The notes under the pieces: model-generated
Databases searched by the model: none
The model's input: the letters and a program-made list of their open reading frames with translations, nothing else
What the model was told of the DNA's origin: nothing
Translations under genes and position numbers: made by a program
Origin: a virus
Lineage: Duplodnaviria; Caudoviricetes
Length of the DNA: 26,177 bases
Direction: 5' to 3' (one strand)
Virus record (IMG/VR): IMGVR_UViG_3300010220_000007
Coordinates: 1-26,177 of that record
Shown: positions 8,901-16,476 of the stretch, in pieces
Layout: the number at the start of each line of letters is the position of its first letter
Position numbering within the stretch: position 1 is the first letter of the stretch

Positions 8901-9960
8901 AATCCGCAGGCGTGCCGCCATAGACCGGCCGGTCCTCGGCATCCCGGCTGACGAGATGGGCGGCAGCGCGGGAAACTCCGTTGACCGTCCAGACCTTGGG
9001 GCTGGTGACCTTGGTCGAAACCTCCACGCCGGGCTTGATCGTGCAGTTGCCCGCGCGCAGGTCGTTCCCGAACCAGGCGACAACGAGGCTGACACTCTCG
9101 ACGGCCGGAACCATGGCCTGCAGCCGATCGAGCGCTACGACGATATCGGCCTCGTCGGGCAGCGCGTTCAGGTTCTCGGCCGAGGTCGTGCCGCCTGTCG
9201 TCTGGCCAAAGATGGTGGTCGTGGCCCCGACTGTCTTGCGCACAGCCTCCGTCGCATAGGTGAACTCGCCCGAGGCCGGGATCATCGTCACGGCCTTGAC
9301 CAGCCCCTCGGCCGTATCCGGGTTGGCCAGCGGCCGGAAGACCTCGAACGACAGTTGCGGCAGGCGGTTGCCGTAGGTGGAAAGCGGCAGTTCCTCGAAG
9401 ACGACATAGGCTGTCCCGCGATAGGCGGGCGTGTTGGCCGAGCCCATCTTGGCCGCGATGAACGGATCGGCCCCCTGGGTCTCATTCCCCGGATACCAGC
9501 GCCACGTGATCCCCGTCATGTCGAGCGGCTTGCCGTCGGCCCAGATGCGGCCGATGCCGGTGATCGGGCCTTCGCAGAGGGCGACCGCGAAGCTGGCGTA
9601 GTAGAGATATTCCGTCGTCTGGACCCTGCCGCCGCCCCCGCCCTTGCCGCCACCCTGCGTCGTGGTCTTCGTCTCCTCGCGGAAATCAGTGGCCCAGATG
9701 ATGTTGCCGCCGATCCGCATGCGCCCATAGAGTCGCGGGATGATCGCCCCTTCGGTGGCCGAGGTGATCCGCAGGCTGTCGAGGCGCTGGCCCTCGATCT
9801 TCTGCGCCGGGGCCAGCGAGGACACGATCCAGCTGTCGACGACCGATCCGATGGTCGAACCGATGAAACCGCCGATGGCGGCCCCGGAGAAGCCGAGGAT
9901 CGCGCCGCCAAAGGCCCCGCCGATGGCGGAACCGACAGCGCCGAGGACGAGCGTGGCCAT
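5962..9960 (-). CDS. GTA-like baseplate multidomain 'megatron' / host-specificity protein with glycoside-hydrolase-like TIM barrel (1332 aa)
   Basis: IPRLYGRMRIGGNIIWA, PAYRGTAYVVFE, YGGTPAD, YASDWSEY, GIDNYMPLSDWRDG, FTELGCPAIDRGTNQPNVFFDPKSSES, WTWDARPYP are motifs of RcGTA g15 homologues. Confidence 0.92.
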   Translation of the reverse strand: MATLVLGAVGSAIGGAFGGAILGFSGAAIGGFIGSTIGSVVDSWIVSSLAPAQKIEGQRLDSLRITSATEGAIIPRLYGRMRIGGNIIWATDFREETKTTTQGGGKGGGGGRVQTTEYLYYASFAVALCEGPITGIGRIWADGKPLDMTGITWRWYPGNETQGADPFIAAKMGSANTPAYRGTAYVVFEELPLSTYGNRLPQLSFEVFRPLANPDTAEGLVKAVTMIPASGEFTYATEAVRKTVGATTTIFGQTTGGTTSAENLNALPDEADIVVALDRLQAMVPAVESVSLVVAWFGNDLRAGNCTIKPGVEVSTKVTSPKVWTVNGVSRAAAHLVSRDAEDRPVYGGTPADFAVVQAIREMKARGLRVTFYPFLLMDVPPGNTLPNPYSNNAAVPGQPSFPWRGRITCSPAAGFAGTADKTAAAATQVSSFFGVATPAQFAVSGDNVNWTGPAGDWGLRRMILHYAHLCAVAGGVDAFLIGTEMRGLTTIRSSASAYPAVTAFKALAADVKAVLGPGTKVGYASDWSEYFGHQPGDGSGDVYFHLDPLWSDANIDFIGIDNYMPLSDWRDGFDHADALEGWSAIHDRGYLQANIAGGEGFDWFYASAADRSAQIRTPITDGAAGKPWVFRYKDLRAWWSNPHFNRPGGVEIGTPTAWVPQSKPVWFTELGCPAIDRGTNQPNVFFDPKSSESFTPYFSRGWRDDAIQRAYLEASYLWWGQGANNPTSSVYGGRMVHVPECAAWTWDARPYPFFPELTGIWTDGPNWRLGHWLTGRLGAVSLAALVRHLCLRAGLAESLIDVSGLWGAVEGYVIGALESPRASISTLARHFGFDAIETEGVIRFVMRGRASVATLAIDDLVASREGEAFELTRGQETELPQALKWQVARADEDYDAALVEARRITVDTTRIASESFPMAIPPEEAERRCRRALMEAWIGRESATFRLPPSRLALDPADVIRLAHDGREVEFRLVSVADAEARGIEAVRQDRAAYDLPPGDPRPASLASPVVFGSPEVVMLDIPQINENVAAHRPLIAAHASPWPGEIAVFRSASTDGFNLLTTFGSRARIGTLAFDFFPGPTSRFDLGNALVVDLLSGTLESATDVALFGGANALAVEAAAGQWEIVQAGQAELIAPGRYRLTRLLRGQRGTEYAMGNPAPAGARVVVLDTALASLPIAEADLGLPWNWRVGPAARAVSDASYAAMGFTPTGRGLVPFAPVHVEQPWRTARAPGDLTIRWTRRSRALVADAWEQVEVPLAEDLESYDVQFLDGAAVKRTLTSSSASVLYSAAQQTADWGAPLGPSQTLALRIFQLSNRLGRGTPAAVMLQF

Positions 9961-9993
9961 TGCGGAAACTCAGGGTTCGAAGGGTTATGGTGG

Positions 9994-10428
9994 TCAGCGT
10001 GCGGGGAACAGGAAGGCGAAAGCGATGCGGCGTCGCCATGCAGGTGTCAGCGGTTCCTCGATCACGCCGAGGCGTTCATATGCGTGCAGGAAGGTGTCGG
10101 GGCCGGTGAGGATCCCGACATGCTTTGCGATGGCGCGCGGCATCATGCGGAACAGCACCAGCGCGCCCGGCCCGGCCTCGGCGGGCGGCACCTCGATCAT
10201 CATCCCGCGTGCGCCGTCGGCCAGAACCTCGCGCGGGCCGGTCTCGCCCCAGTCGCGGCTGTAGGGCGGGATCGGGAACGGCTCCGGGCCGACGACCTCG
10301 CGCCAGACGCCGCGGGCCAGCCCGAGGCAGTCGCAGCCGACGCCGCGCAGGCTCGCCTGGTCGTGGTAGGGCGTTCCGAGCCAGGTGCGCGCGGCGGCGA
10401 TGACCCTGTCTGAGTCGGCCGGCGTCAC
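9994..10428 (-). CDS. NlpC/P60 family phage tail cell-wall peptidase (GTA g14-like)
   Basis: ARTWLGTPYHDQAS..GVGCDCLGL, KHVGI and FLHAY give the Cys-His-His triad. GTG start overlaps the upstream stop. Confidence 0.92.
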   Translation of the reverse strand: MTPADSDRVIAAARTWLGTPYHDQASLRGVGCDCLGLARGVWREVVGPEPFPIPPYSRDWGETGPREVLADGARGMMIEVPPAEAGPGALVLFRMMPRAIAKHVGILTGPDTFLHAYERLGVIEEPLTPAWRRRIAFAFLFPAR

Positions 10429-11309
10429 AGCACGCCTCCGTCATGGCCGCCGTCCTTCGTCGCGTAGCGCAGGATCGTGTCCTGACCCGGGATGTGCGGG
10501 AAGCCGCGGAAGTTGGCGGTGTTGGCGAACTTGGCCCCGCAGGTCTCCATGCGCTTGTCGCAGCCCGCGCGGATCGTGAAGCCGTCGCCCTCGGCGATCG
10601 CACGCACCGGCGCCTCGAGCAGGATCAGCACGGCGATGCCATCCGTGACGTCATGGCCCAGCACCTCGGTGCGCCGCCCGGCGTTCGCGCCGCTCGTCCA
10701 GTCCAACGTGCCGAAGGTGAACCAGCCGGAGACGAACCCGCCGAGCCCCGAGGCGGTGAAGGCCCGGTCGCGCAGGAGATCAATGACGGCGCCCGTGCCC
10801 TTGAACGCCGGATCCTCGAGATCGACGCCGCAGCGCGCGTCGCCGAGCGCCGCGTCGCAGGTCGCCTGGAAGGTCCGCCCGACCGTCTGGCCCAGAACAT
10901 GGGCGAGCGAGCGCACCTCGGCGACGAAGGCCAGCCGCCCGCGCCGGATCTGGCCGATGGCGCCCCGGCGCATCAGCACGCGCTGGCCGGTGTCCGCCCA
11001 GTTCACCCGCCAGACCTCGACCTCGGCGTTGTCCCAGCGGCCGTCGAGGATGTCGGTCTCGGTGATCCGGTCGGAGGTCAGCACGCCTTCCGCGTCCTGC
11101 GCATCGACCGACAGGTCCGATCCCGAGCGGATCTCTGAGGCGGTCAGCCCGCTCTCGGGCTCGAAGTCAGTGCCATCGAATCTGAGCGTCCGGTCGTGAT
11201 CGGTGAAACCGAGGGGGACACCGTCGGCCCGCGTGATCCGCCAGCACCAGGCGAGCGTCGTCGTGCCCTCGTCGAGATGGGCCTGCAGGGCGGGATCGAG
11301 GGTCTTCAT
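10425..11309 (-). CDS. DUF2163 / BR0599-family tail hub protein (GTA g13-like), 294 aa
   Basis: TTLAWCWRITRADG..GFTDHD, CDAALGDARC and GCDKRMETC..KF.N..NFRGFPHIPG. The likely start is the ATG at 11309 (ATGA overlap with the upstream stop), not 11351. Confidence 0.92.
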   Translation of the reverse strand: MKTLDPALQAHLDEGTTTLAWCWRITRADGVPLGFTDHDRTLRFDGTDFEPESGLTASEIRSGSDLSVDAQDAEGVLTSDRITETDILDGRWDNAEVEVWRVNWADTGQRVLMRRGAIGQIRRGRLAFVAEVRSLAHVLGQTVGRTFQATCDAALGDARCGVDLEDPAFKGTGAVIDLLRDRAFTASGLGGFVSGWFTFGTLDWTSGANAGRRTEVLGHDVTDGIAVLILLEAPVRAIAEGDGFTIRAGCDKRMETCGAKFANTANFRGFPHIPGQDTILRYATKDGGHDGGVL

Positions 11310-11548
11310 CGGCAGGTTCCTGTCATGCGGTCGTCGAGATCGGCGATCCAATTCGCCCAGTCCGGTGGCACCTCCGAGACGGTCTCGACCGCCGGGCGGG
11401 CCAGTCGCGCCTCGGCGTAGGACGCGCAGCCCGCATCACCAGCGCCCATCGTTGCGGCGCAGCCGCTCAGCAGGATTGCCAGCACCGCGGCCGTCGCGAA
11501 CCGCGTCGCGCCCGCGCTCGAGGCGGTTGTTCGTGTCTTCGATGGCAT
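11306..11548 (-). CDS. Outer-membrane lipoprotein, putative o-spanin (Rz1-like), 80 aa
   Basis: MPSKTRTT...AVLAILLSG|C has a lipobox (LSGC) plus two further Cys. It overlaps the 3' end of the upstream membrane-anchored gene in another frame and lies in the lysis cassette. Confidence 0.72.
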   Translation of the reverse strand: MPSKTRTTASSAGATRFATAAVLAILLSGCAATMGAGDAGCASYAEARLARPAVETVSEVPPDWANWIADLDDRMTGTCR

Positions 11549-11666
11549 CGCGTTCCGCCTCCCGTTTGCCCGCGCGTTCCCCTTCCGCACGCCCCCAGAC
11601 GCGGCCGAGGACGACACCTCCGACCGCGCCCAGAGCCGCGACCAGCCAGATCAGGAACTCAGCCAC
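11436..11666 (-). CDS. Putative i-spanin (Rz-like), 76 aa
   Basis: GTG start at 11666: MAEFLIWLVAALGAVGGVVLG (N-terminal TM) followed by a charged helical segment (RAEGERAGKREAERDAIEDTNNRLER). Overlapped by the lipoprotein gene. Confidence 0.7.
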   Translation of the reverse strand: MAEFLIWLVAALGAVGGVVLGRVWGRAEGERAGKREAERDAIEDTNNRLERGRDAVRDGRGAGNPAERLRRNDGRW

Positions 11667-11760
11667 CGTCCCGCTCCCCGTGCGCGGCGGCGACGCAGAG
11701 GGCGACGACGAAGACCCCGAGACAGCCGCCCACGACCAGACCGGCGATGAACTCAAGCAT
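11659..11760 (-). CDS. 33-aa single-TM peptide (not in ORF track)
   Basis: Manual translation: MLEFIAGLVVGGCLGVFVVALCVAAAHGERDGG*. Start and stop each overlap the flanking genes by 8 nt, so it exactly fills the gap. Confidence 0.65.
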   Translation of the reverse strand: MLEFIAGLVVGGCLGVFVVALCVAAAHGERDGG

Positions 11761-11983
11761 CGCCGCGGAACCCGCGCTCAATCCGGTCGCGCAGGCCGAT
11801 CAGGCCCAGACCGAGGAACATGAGCCCCGCGGGCGATGCGTCGCCCGAGCCGGCGAGCAGCGCGACGAGGCGGGACAGTTCCCCAAACGGTCCGGTAGCG
11901 GGCAGCGCCAGGGAAGCGGTGCCGGTGAGCATGGCGAGCAGACCCGCCCACCAGGTGAGCGAGTTGGGACGAACGTAGCGCAT
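11753..11983 (-). CDS. Small two-TM membrane protein (holin-like / lysis accessory), 76 aa
   Basis: ATG at 11983, 4 nt after the endolysin stop: MRYVRPNSLTWWAGLLAMLTG...PAGLMFLGLGLIGLRDRIERG. Two hydrophobic segments and a charged tail. Confidence 0.7.
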   Translation of the reverse strand: MRYVRPNSLTWWAGLLAMLTGTASLALPATGPFGELSRLVALLAGSGDASPAGLMFLGLGLIGLRDRIERGFRGDA

Positions 11984-11987
11984 AGGG

Positions 11988-12644
11988 TCAGGCCCTCCGG
12001 AGCAGGGTGGAGACAAAAGCGGCCAGCCGGGCGAACCAGCCGGTCGGCGTGTCGGGTGCAGATTCGAGGACAGGCGGCGTCGGCGACGGCCCGCGAGCCA
12101 AGGCCAGAGCCTCATCCTCGGTCAGGCGGCGGATCGGCCGCGAGAAGTCCACCCGGCCCGTGCGGTCCACGGACCAGACCGGGATCGTGCCGCCGGGATA
12201 GCGGCCATGGCGGAACAGGTCGCGCTCGGCTTCTCGCCGCGGGATGATCGAGGCTGGTCGCCGCCAGTTCAGAAACGCGTCGGCGGCTGCAACGCGATTT
12301 CCGGCATTGAGATGTCGGGTCAGCGCAGCCTTGGCGATGCCGCCGGTGTTGTAGTGGAAGCTGACCATCGCATCGAATTCATGCGGCGCCAGCGGCACCT
12401 TCACCGCGCGCAGGACAGAGGCCTCGTATCGTGCGAGGTCGGCGCGGAAGACCCGGAAAGCTTCGCGGACCCCGGCGTCGAGATCGGCGGGCGTGCCGCG
12501 CGGCATGGTGGCCGGATCAGGCGGCCCGGCCGCGGCCGTGTGGCCGATGCCGAAGGTCCAGACCTGTTTCACATCGAGATAGGGTCCGGGCACGATTCCC
12601 TCGTGCCGGACGAGGGCCAGCAGGCCCCGGTCGGTCATGTGCAT
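11988..12644 (-). CDS. Phage lysozyme/endolysin (GH24 family)
   Basis: RHEGIVPGPYLDVKQVWTFGIGHT fits the E-x8-D-x5-T catalytic triad. Also FDAMVSFHYNTG and RREAERDLF. Confidence 0.92.
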   Translation of the reverse strand: MHMTDRGLLALVRHEGIVPGPYLDVKQVWTFGIGHTAAAGPPDPATMPRGTPADLDAGVREAFRVFRADLARYEASVLRAVKVPLAPHEFDAMVSFHYNTGGIAKAALTRHLNAGNRVAAADAFLNWRRPASIIPRREAERDLFRHGRYPGGTIPVWSVDRTGRVDFSRPIRRLTEDEALALARGPSPTPPVLESAPDTPTGWFARLAAFVSTLLRRA

Positions 12645-12648
12645 GGGA

Positions 12649-12780
12649 TTACCGGAGAAGCGAGAGGACGAGGATCAGCGCCGCGACGGCGAGACCGATG
12701 CGCAGGCGATGGGCGAAGGCCCGCCGAGGGTCGGCAGGGTCGCAGCGGAGGGAGCGCGCGAGGCGGAGGAGTTCATTCAT
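12649..12780 (-). CDS. 43-aa peptide with C-terminal TM helix (not in ORF track)
   Basis: Manual translation: MNELLRLARSLRCDPADPRRAFAHRLRIGLAVAALILVLSLLR*. Start overlaps the holin stop; stop is 4 nt before the endolysin ATG. Confidence 0.65.
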   Translation of the reverse strand: MNELLRLARSLRCDPADPRRAFAHRLRIGLAVAALILVLSLLR

Positions 12781-13123
12781 CGCCGCCGCCTTCGTTGGCG
12801 CGGCGCAGGCGGGCGAGCAGCATCTCGATGAAGGCTGGGCCGAAGACCCCGACGAGATAGGCGGCCGAGCCTGCCGCCCCGCCTGCGGGGATCGCCTCGG
12901 GCGGCAGGCTGAGCCAGGCGGTGATCACGGCCATGGAGAGGCTGCCCATCCCGGCCGCTATCAATCCGCCGAGCAGGATGTGCCGCAGCGCGTCGCGCAG
13001 CCGCATCTTTGTGGTCAGTGCGTTCGTGGCACCGCCGAGCGCCCCCCAGGCGGCGAGGATCACGGCCGTCGAGGCCGCGAGTTCACGCAGCACGGCCGCA
13101 ACGAAGCTGCCGGTGTCGTTCAT
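12773..13123 (-). CDS. Putative holin (116 aa, about 3 hydrophobic segments)
   Basis: Small multi-TM protein with a charged C-terminus (ARLRRANEGGGDE), upstream of the endolysin. ATGA overlap with DUF2460. Confidence 0.65.
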   Translation of the reverse strand: MNDTGSFVAAVLRELAASTAVILAAWGALGGATNALTTKMRLRDALRHILLGGLIAAGMGSLSMAVITAWLSLPPEAIPAGGAAGSAAYLVGVFGPAFIEMLLARLRRANEGGGDE

Positions 13124-13749
13124 CGCCGGATCTCCAGAAGCGGAATGGAGGTGATCGAGCCGAGCCGCTCGAGGTCGAGCGTCACGTCGAGCACGTCGGT
13201 GTCGAAGCGCACGGGCACGTCGAACTCGAAGCCCGCGGTGATCGCGACGCCAGCGCCCGGCGCGGTGCCGAACGTGACCACGCCAGTGGCGGTGTCGACC
13301 GACCAGCCGGAGGGCTGCTCGACCCCGCCGAGCGCGATGCGCAAGGTGCCTGCCACCGGCTTGGCGATGGCGCGCGACCAGGACTGCGCCCCGGAGGCAT
13401 AGCGCTTCACCAGCTGGAAGGTGGTCGTCGCGCCGTCGCCGGTGCCGAGCGCCTGGTCCATTGGTCCCGTTGTTTCAGACGGCAGGCAGGACTTGTGGTC
13501 GCCCCAGTCCTTGAAGCGGAAGCCGTGGAGGCGGCCGTTGCGCGCCTCGAAGAAGGCGACGACGGCCGCCAGATCGTCGGCGCGGCGGATGCCATACGCC
13601 ACATCATAGCGGCGGCGCGAGTTGGCCCAGCTGGCGTTGCGCTCCTCGTCGCCCGAGGCGAGCTCGACGATCTGGGTTCGCCGCTCCGGCCCACCCCGAG
13701 CGCCGCGGCTGATGTTGGTGGGGAAACGGACCTCGTGAAACGCCATCAC
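13120..13749 (-). CDS. DUF2460 / TIGR02217 distal tail protein (GTA g12-like)
   Basis: MAFHEVRFP...GGPERRTQIVELASGDEERN..W, FFEAR.GRLHGFRFKDW.D and AGFEFDVPVRFDTD. Directly follows the tape measure. Start may be 13746. Confidence 0.93.
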   Translation of the reverse strand: MMAFHEVRFPTNISRGARGGPERRTQIVELASGDEERNASWANSRRRYDVAYGIRRADDLAAVVAFFEARNGRLHGFRFKDWGDHKSCLPSETTGPMDQALGTGDGATTTFQLVKRYASGAQSWSRAIAKPVAGTLRIALGGVEQPSGWSVDTATGVVTFGTAPGAGVAITAGFEFDVPVRFDTDVLDVTLDLERLGSITSIPLLEIRR

Positions 13750-16163
13750 ATGCCCCTTCGTCCAAGCGACACTGCGCGGGCGATGTCAGCCGCCACTTGC
13801 GTGCGGGACTGCCGGAAGCTCTCGGCGTCGCGCGCCATGATGGTGACGTTGACCCCGCCGCCTGCGCCGTAGCTCTGCGCCTCGCGGCGCGAGAGCACCC
13901 GCTCGCCCCTTTGCAGGATCGCCGGGACCTCGTCGTGCCGAAGGCCGACAGCGCCACCCGAATGCATCCGGGGCGCGGCAGCGAAGGCCATGGCCGGGAC
14001 CAAGCGTGAGGGCCCGGCCGATCCGACCATCCCGCCCGCATGCAGAACGTTGGCGAAGATGCCACCCGCGCCGGAGAACACGCCGGAGAGCGCATTGGCG
14101 ATCGGTCCCAGAATGAAGCGTCGGGCGGCGAGCTGAGCGAGGTCGGCCAGCAGCGAAGTGACGAGGTCACGGAAGTTCAGCTTGCCGGTTTTCACGAACT
14201 GGCCCACCGCGTTCTCGGCGGACTGGAAGGCGCCGACGAGGCTCTGGCCGATATCGCCACCGATCTCGCGCGCCTTGCTGGCGTAGTCAGACAGCGCGGC
14301 GGTGACGGCTTGCCAGCCGGTGACCGCGGTCTCCACATTGGGCTCGGTCGCAGCCGCCGCAGCACCTGCGGCAGCGCCGGTATCGGTCGCGGCCTGGCCG
14401 GCGCCGTCGAGCGCGGTCTCGAACCGCTCCGCCGCAGCCGTGGCCTCGGCGAGCGCATCTGCGCCGTTCTCGTCTGTGCCGCGCACGGCATCGCGGAGCA
14501 CCTGCCAGCTTTCGAGGGGCGCACGGGCTCCCGCGGCGAGATCGCGCGCCGCGCCACGGTAGAGGTTCGCGGACTCAAGCGCGCGGTTCGCCGCCTCGGT
14601 CAGACCGAGATCGGGCGCGGTGAGAGGGTTGTCCTCGAACGCCCGGTCGAACGCAGTCTGCGCGGCCATCGTGGCAGCACTGGCCGCGCCTTCGAAGCGG
14701 TTCTCGATCTCGCCGAGGTCGAGGTCCGGCACCAGCGAGATGCGGCGCTCCGACCCGAGGGCTTCGAGACCGGCGTTGATGCCGCCGATGAAGCCGTTGA
14801 TGCGCGAGACCACGCCGTTCAGCATCGCCTCGACGCCGTCGATCAGACTGTTGGCCGCCTGGAACGCCAGATCGCCGATGGCGGCGGGCAGCAGGCCCCA
14901 GATCGCCTTGATCGCCTCGTAGGCGCCTTCGAAGGTGTTCGCGGCGGTGTTGCCAAAAGCCACGACGCTCTCGATGGCGCTCTGCATGCCCGAGGCGGCG
15001 TCGGCCTTCAGGTCGAAGAACATCGCCGTGGCGGCTGCGCCCGCCGCAGCTGCGCCCATCCTGATCCGCTCCCAGACCTCGACGGCGAGGTCTTTCAGCA
15101 GTGACATCGCCTCGCCAAAGCCGCCCGCACCAGAGACGAGACGGGTGAACTGGTAGACAAGCTCGCCCGCACCGACGATCAGTGCGCCGATGCCGGTGCG
15201 GATCAGCGCCCCACGCAGGACGACCAGCGCCGTGGCGAGGCCACGGACCGAGAGTGCGGCGGCGGCCATGCCGGCCACCCAGCGGCCTGCGAGGAAGGCG
15301 GCGAAGGTCGCGGCATAGGTGGTCAGGCGACCGATGTTGTCGAAGAGACCGCGGATCGCGATGCCGAGCGGGCCGGTGCGGCTGGCGACCGCCGCCATCG
15401 CGTTGGCGACGGTTTCCAGCGCCGGAGCCGCGGCGACGGCGAGCTGGTTCGACAGGCCGCGCCAGATCAGCCCGAGCCGCGAGATGGCATCGTTTGTCCG
15501 CTCGATCTGGTCGGCATCCTGCTCGGAGACGACGACACCGAAGGCGAGGACGTCCTCGGTCGCCTGGCGGAGCGTCGCGGTGTCGATCCGCGACATGGCG
15601 ATGGAGCCTTCCTCGCCAAAGAGCTGGCCCGCTACTGCAGCGCGCTCGGCGGCAGGCACGAAGCTCTCGATGGCGGCGTTGATCGCACCAACTCGCTGGT
15701 CCAGCGGCAGGGCGATCAGCTCGTTGGCCGAAAGCCCGAGCCGGTCCAGCGCATCAGCGGCAGGACCGGTCCCGGCGGCCGCCTGGCTGAGACGACGGGT
15801 CAGATCCTTCGTCGCCTGCTCGATGCCGGACATCGAAACGCCCGCCAGTTCGCCCGCGCGCTCCAGCGTCTGGATCGAGGCTACGGTTGTACCGAGCGAC
15901 TGCGCCAGCTTGGCCTGCGCATCCACCGTCTGCAGTCCGGAGCGAACCATCGCCACGCCCGCGGCGGCAGCGGCTGCCACCGCTGCAGCAGCGGCCACGC
16001 GCACTCGCCGCGAGAAGGCCGCGAGCCGGGTGTTCGCCGCTTCCATCTCCCGGCTCAGCCGCCCGAAGCCGCGCGACCCGGCCTCGCCGACGCCTTCCAG
16101 TTCGGCGCGCACCTGCCGCCCGCCCACGGCCGCGAGGCGGACGGACACACGCTTTTCAGCCAT
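13746..16163 (-). CDS. Tail tape measure protein (805 aa)
   Basis: Long Ala-rich helical protein between chaperone and distal tail genes, with lambda-type C-terminal region and H.GG...DEVPAILQRGERVL motif. Confidence 0.92.
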   Translation of the reverse strand: MAEKRVSVRLAAVGGRQVRAELEGVGEAGSRGFGRLSREMEAANTRLAAFSRRVRVAAAAAVAAAAAAGVAMVRSGLQTVDAQAKLAQSLGTTVASIQTLERAGELAGVSMSGIEQATKDLTRRLSQAAAGTGPAADALDRLGLSANELIALPLDQRVGAINAAIESFVPAAERAAVAGQLFGEEGSIAMSRIDTATLRQATEDVLAFGVVVSEQDADQIERTNDAISRLGLIWRGLSNQLAVAAAPALETVANAMAAVASRTGPLGIAIRGLFDNIGRLTTYAATFAAFLAGRWVAGMAAAALSVRGLATALVVLRGALIRTGIGALIVGAGELVYQFTRLVSGAGGFGEAMSLLKDLAVEVWERIRMGAAAAGAAATAMFFDLKADAASGMQSAIESVVAFGNTAANTFEGAYEAIKAIWGLLPAAIGDLAFQAANSLIDGVEAMLNGVVSRINGFIGGINAGLEALGSERRISLVPDLDLGEIENRFEGAASAATMAAQTAFDRAFEDNPLTAPDLGLTEAANRALESANLYRGAARDLAAGARAPLESWQVLRDAVRGTDENGADALAEATAAAERFETALDGAGQAATDTGAAAGAAAAATEPNVETAVTGWQAVTAALSDYASKAREIGGDIGQSLVGAFQSAENAVGQFVKTGKLNFRDLVTSLLADLAQLAARRFILGPIANALSGVFSGAGGIFANVLHAGGMVGSAGPSRLVPAMAFAAAPRMHSGGAVGLRHDEVPAILQRGERVLSRREAQSYGAGGGVNVTIMARDAESFRQSRTQVAADIARAVSLGRRGM

Positions 16164-16476
16164 CGGGGCGTTCCATCTGTTCGTTGAGTTTGGCGACCAT
16201 CACCGCTTCGATGACGGGCAGCAGTTCGGCCATGGCGGGCGGCGGCACGCCGAGCGCGCCCCCGAGCGCGAGCGCCGCCGACATGTCCCAGCCGATCACC
16301 GCGCCGGGGAGGACACGCAGCTGACCGCCGAGACGGCCGACGAGGTCCCATACCTGCCAACCCTCCGGAGTTTCCGGTCGGTTCAGCCGCGCCGGGCAGT
16401 CTTCGCAGGCTTGCGCGCAGGCTTCGCAGTATCGCTCGCCCCCGCCGAAGGACCATTCGGCGAGAGCGCGGAGGCG
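16156..16476 (-). CDS. Frameshift extension (gpT-like part) of the tail assembly chaperone (not in ORF track)
   Basis: The -1 frame after the slippery site reads RLRALAEWSFGGGERYCEACAQACEDCPARLNRPETPEGWQVWDLV...MVAKLNEQMERPDG* with no internal stop. It ends overlapping the tape measure ATG. Confidence 0.8.
   Translation of the reverse strand, partial: RLRALAEWSFGGGERYCEACAQACEDCPARLNRPETPEGWQVWDLVGRLGGQLRVLPGAVIGWDMSAALALGGALGVPPPAMAELLPVIEAVMVAKLNEQMERPDG

Noticed and set aside
12636-12644. Met-His-Met dual start in the endolysin as a regulatory motif
   Set aside because: Dual-start control is known for holins, not soluble lysozymes. This is more likely simple start ambiguity.
5962-13749. 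Calling the region a gene transfer agent cluster
   Set aside because: Head and terminase genes are lambda-type, the tape measure is long, and lysis/fibre genes are linked, unlike RcGTA.
16055-16456. 133-aa minus-strand ORF as the gpT-like gene
   Set aside because: Arg/Pro-rich and runs deep into the tape measure. The -1 frame ending at 16156 is the protein-like one.
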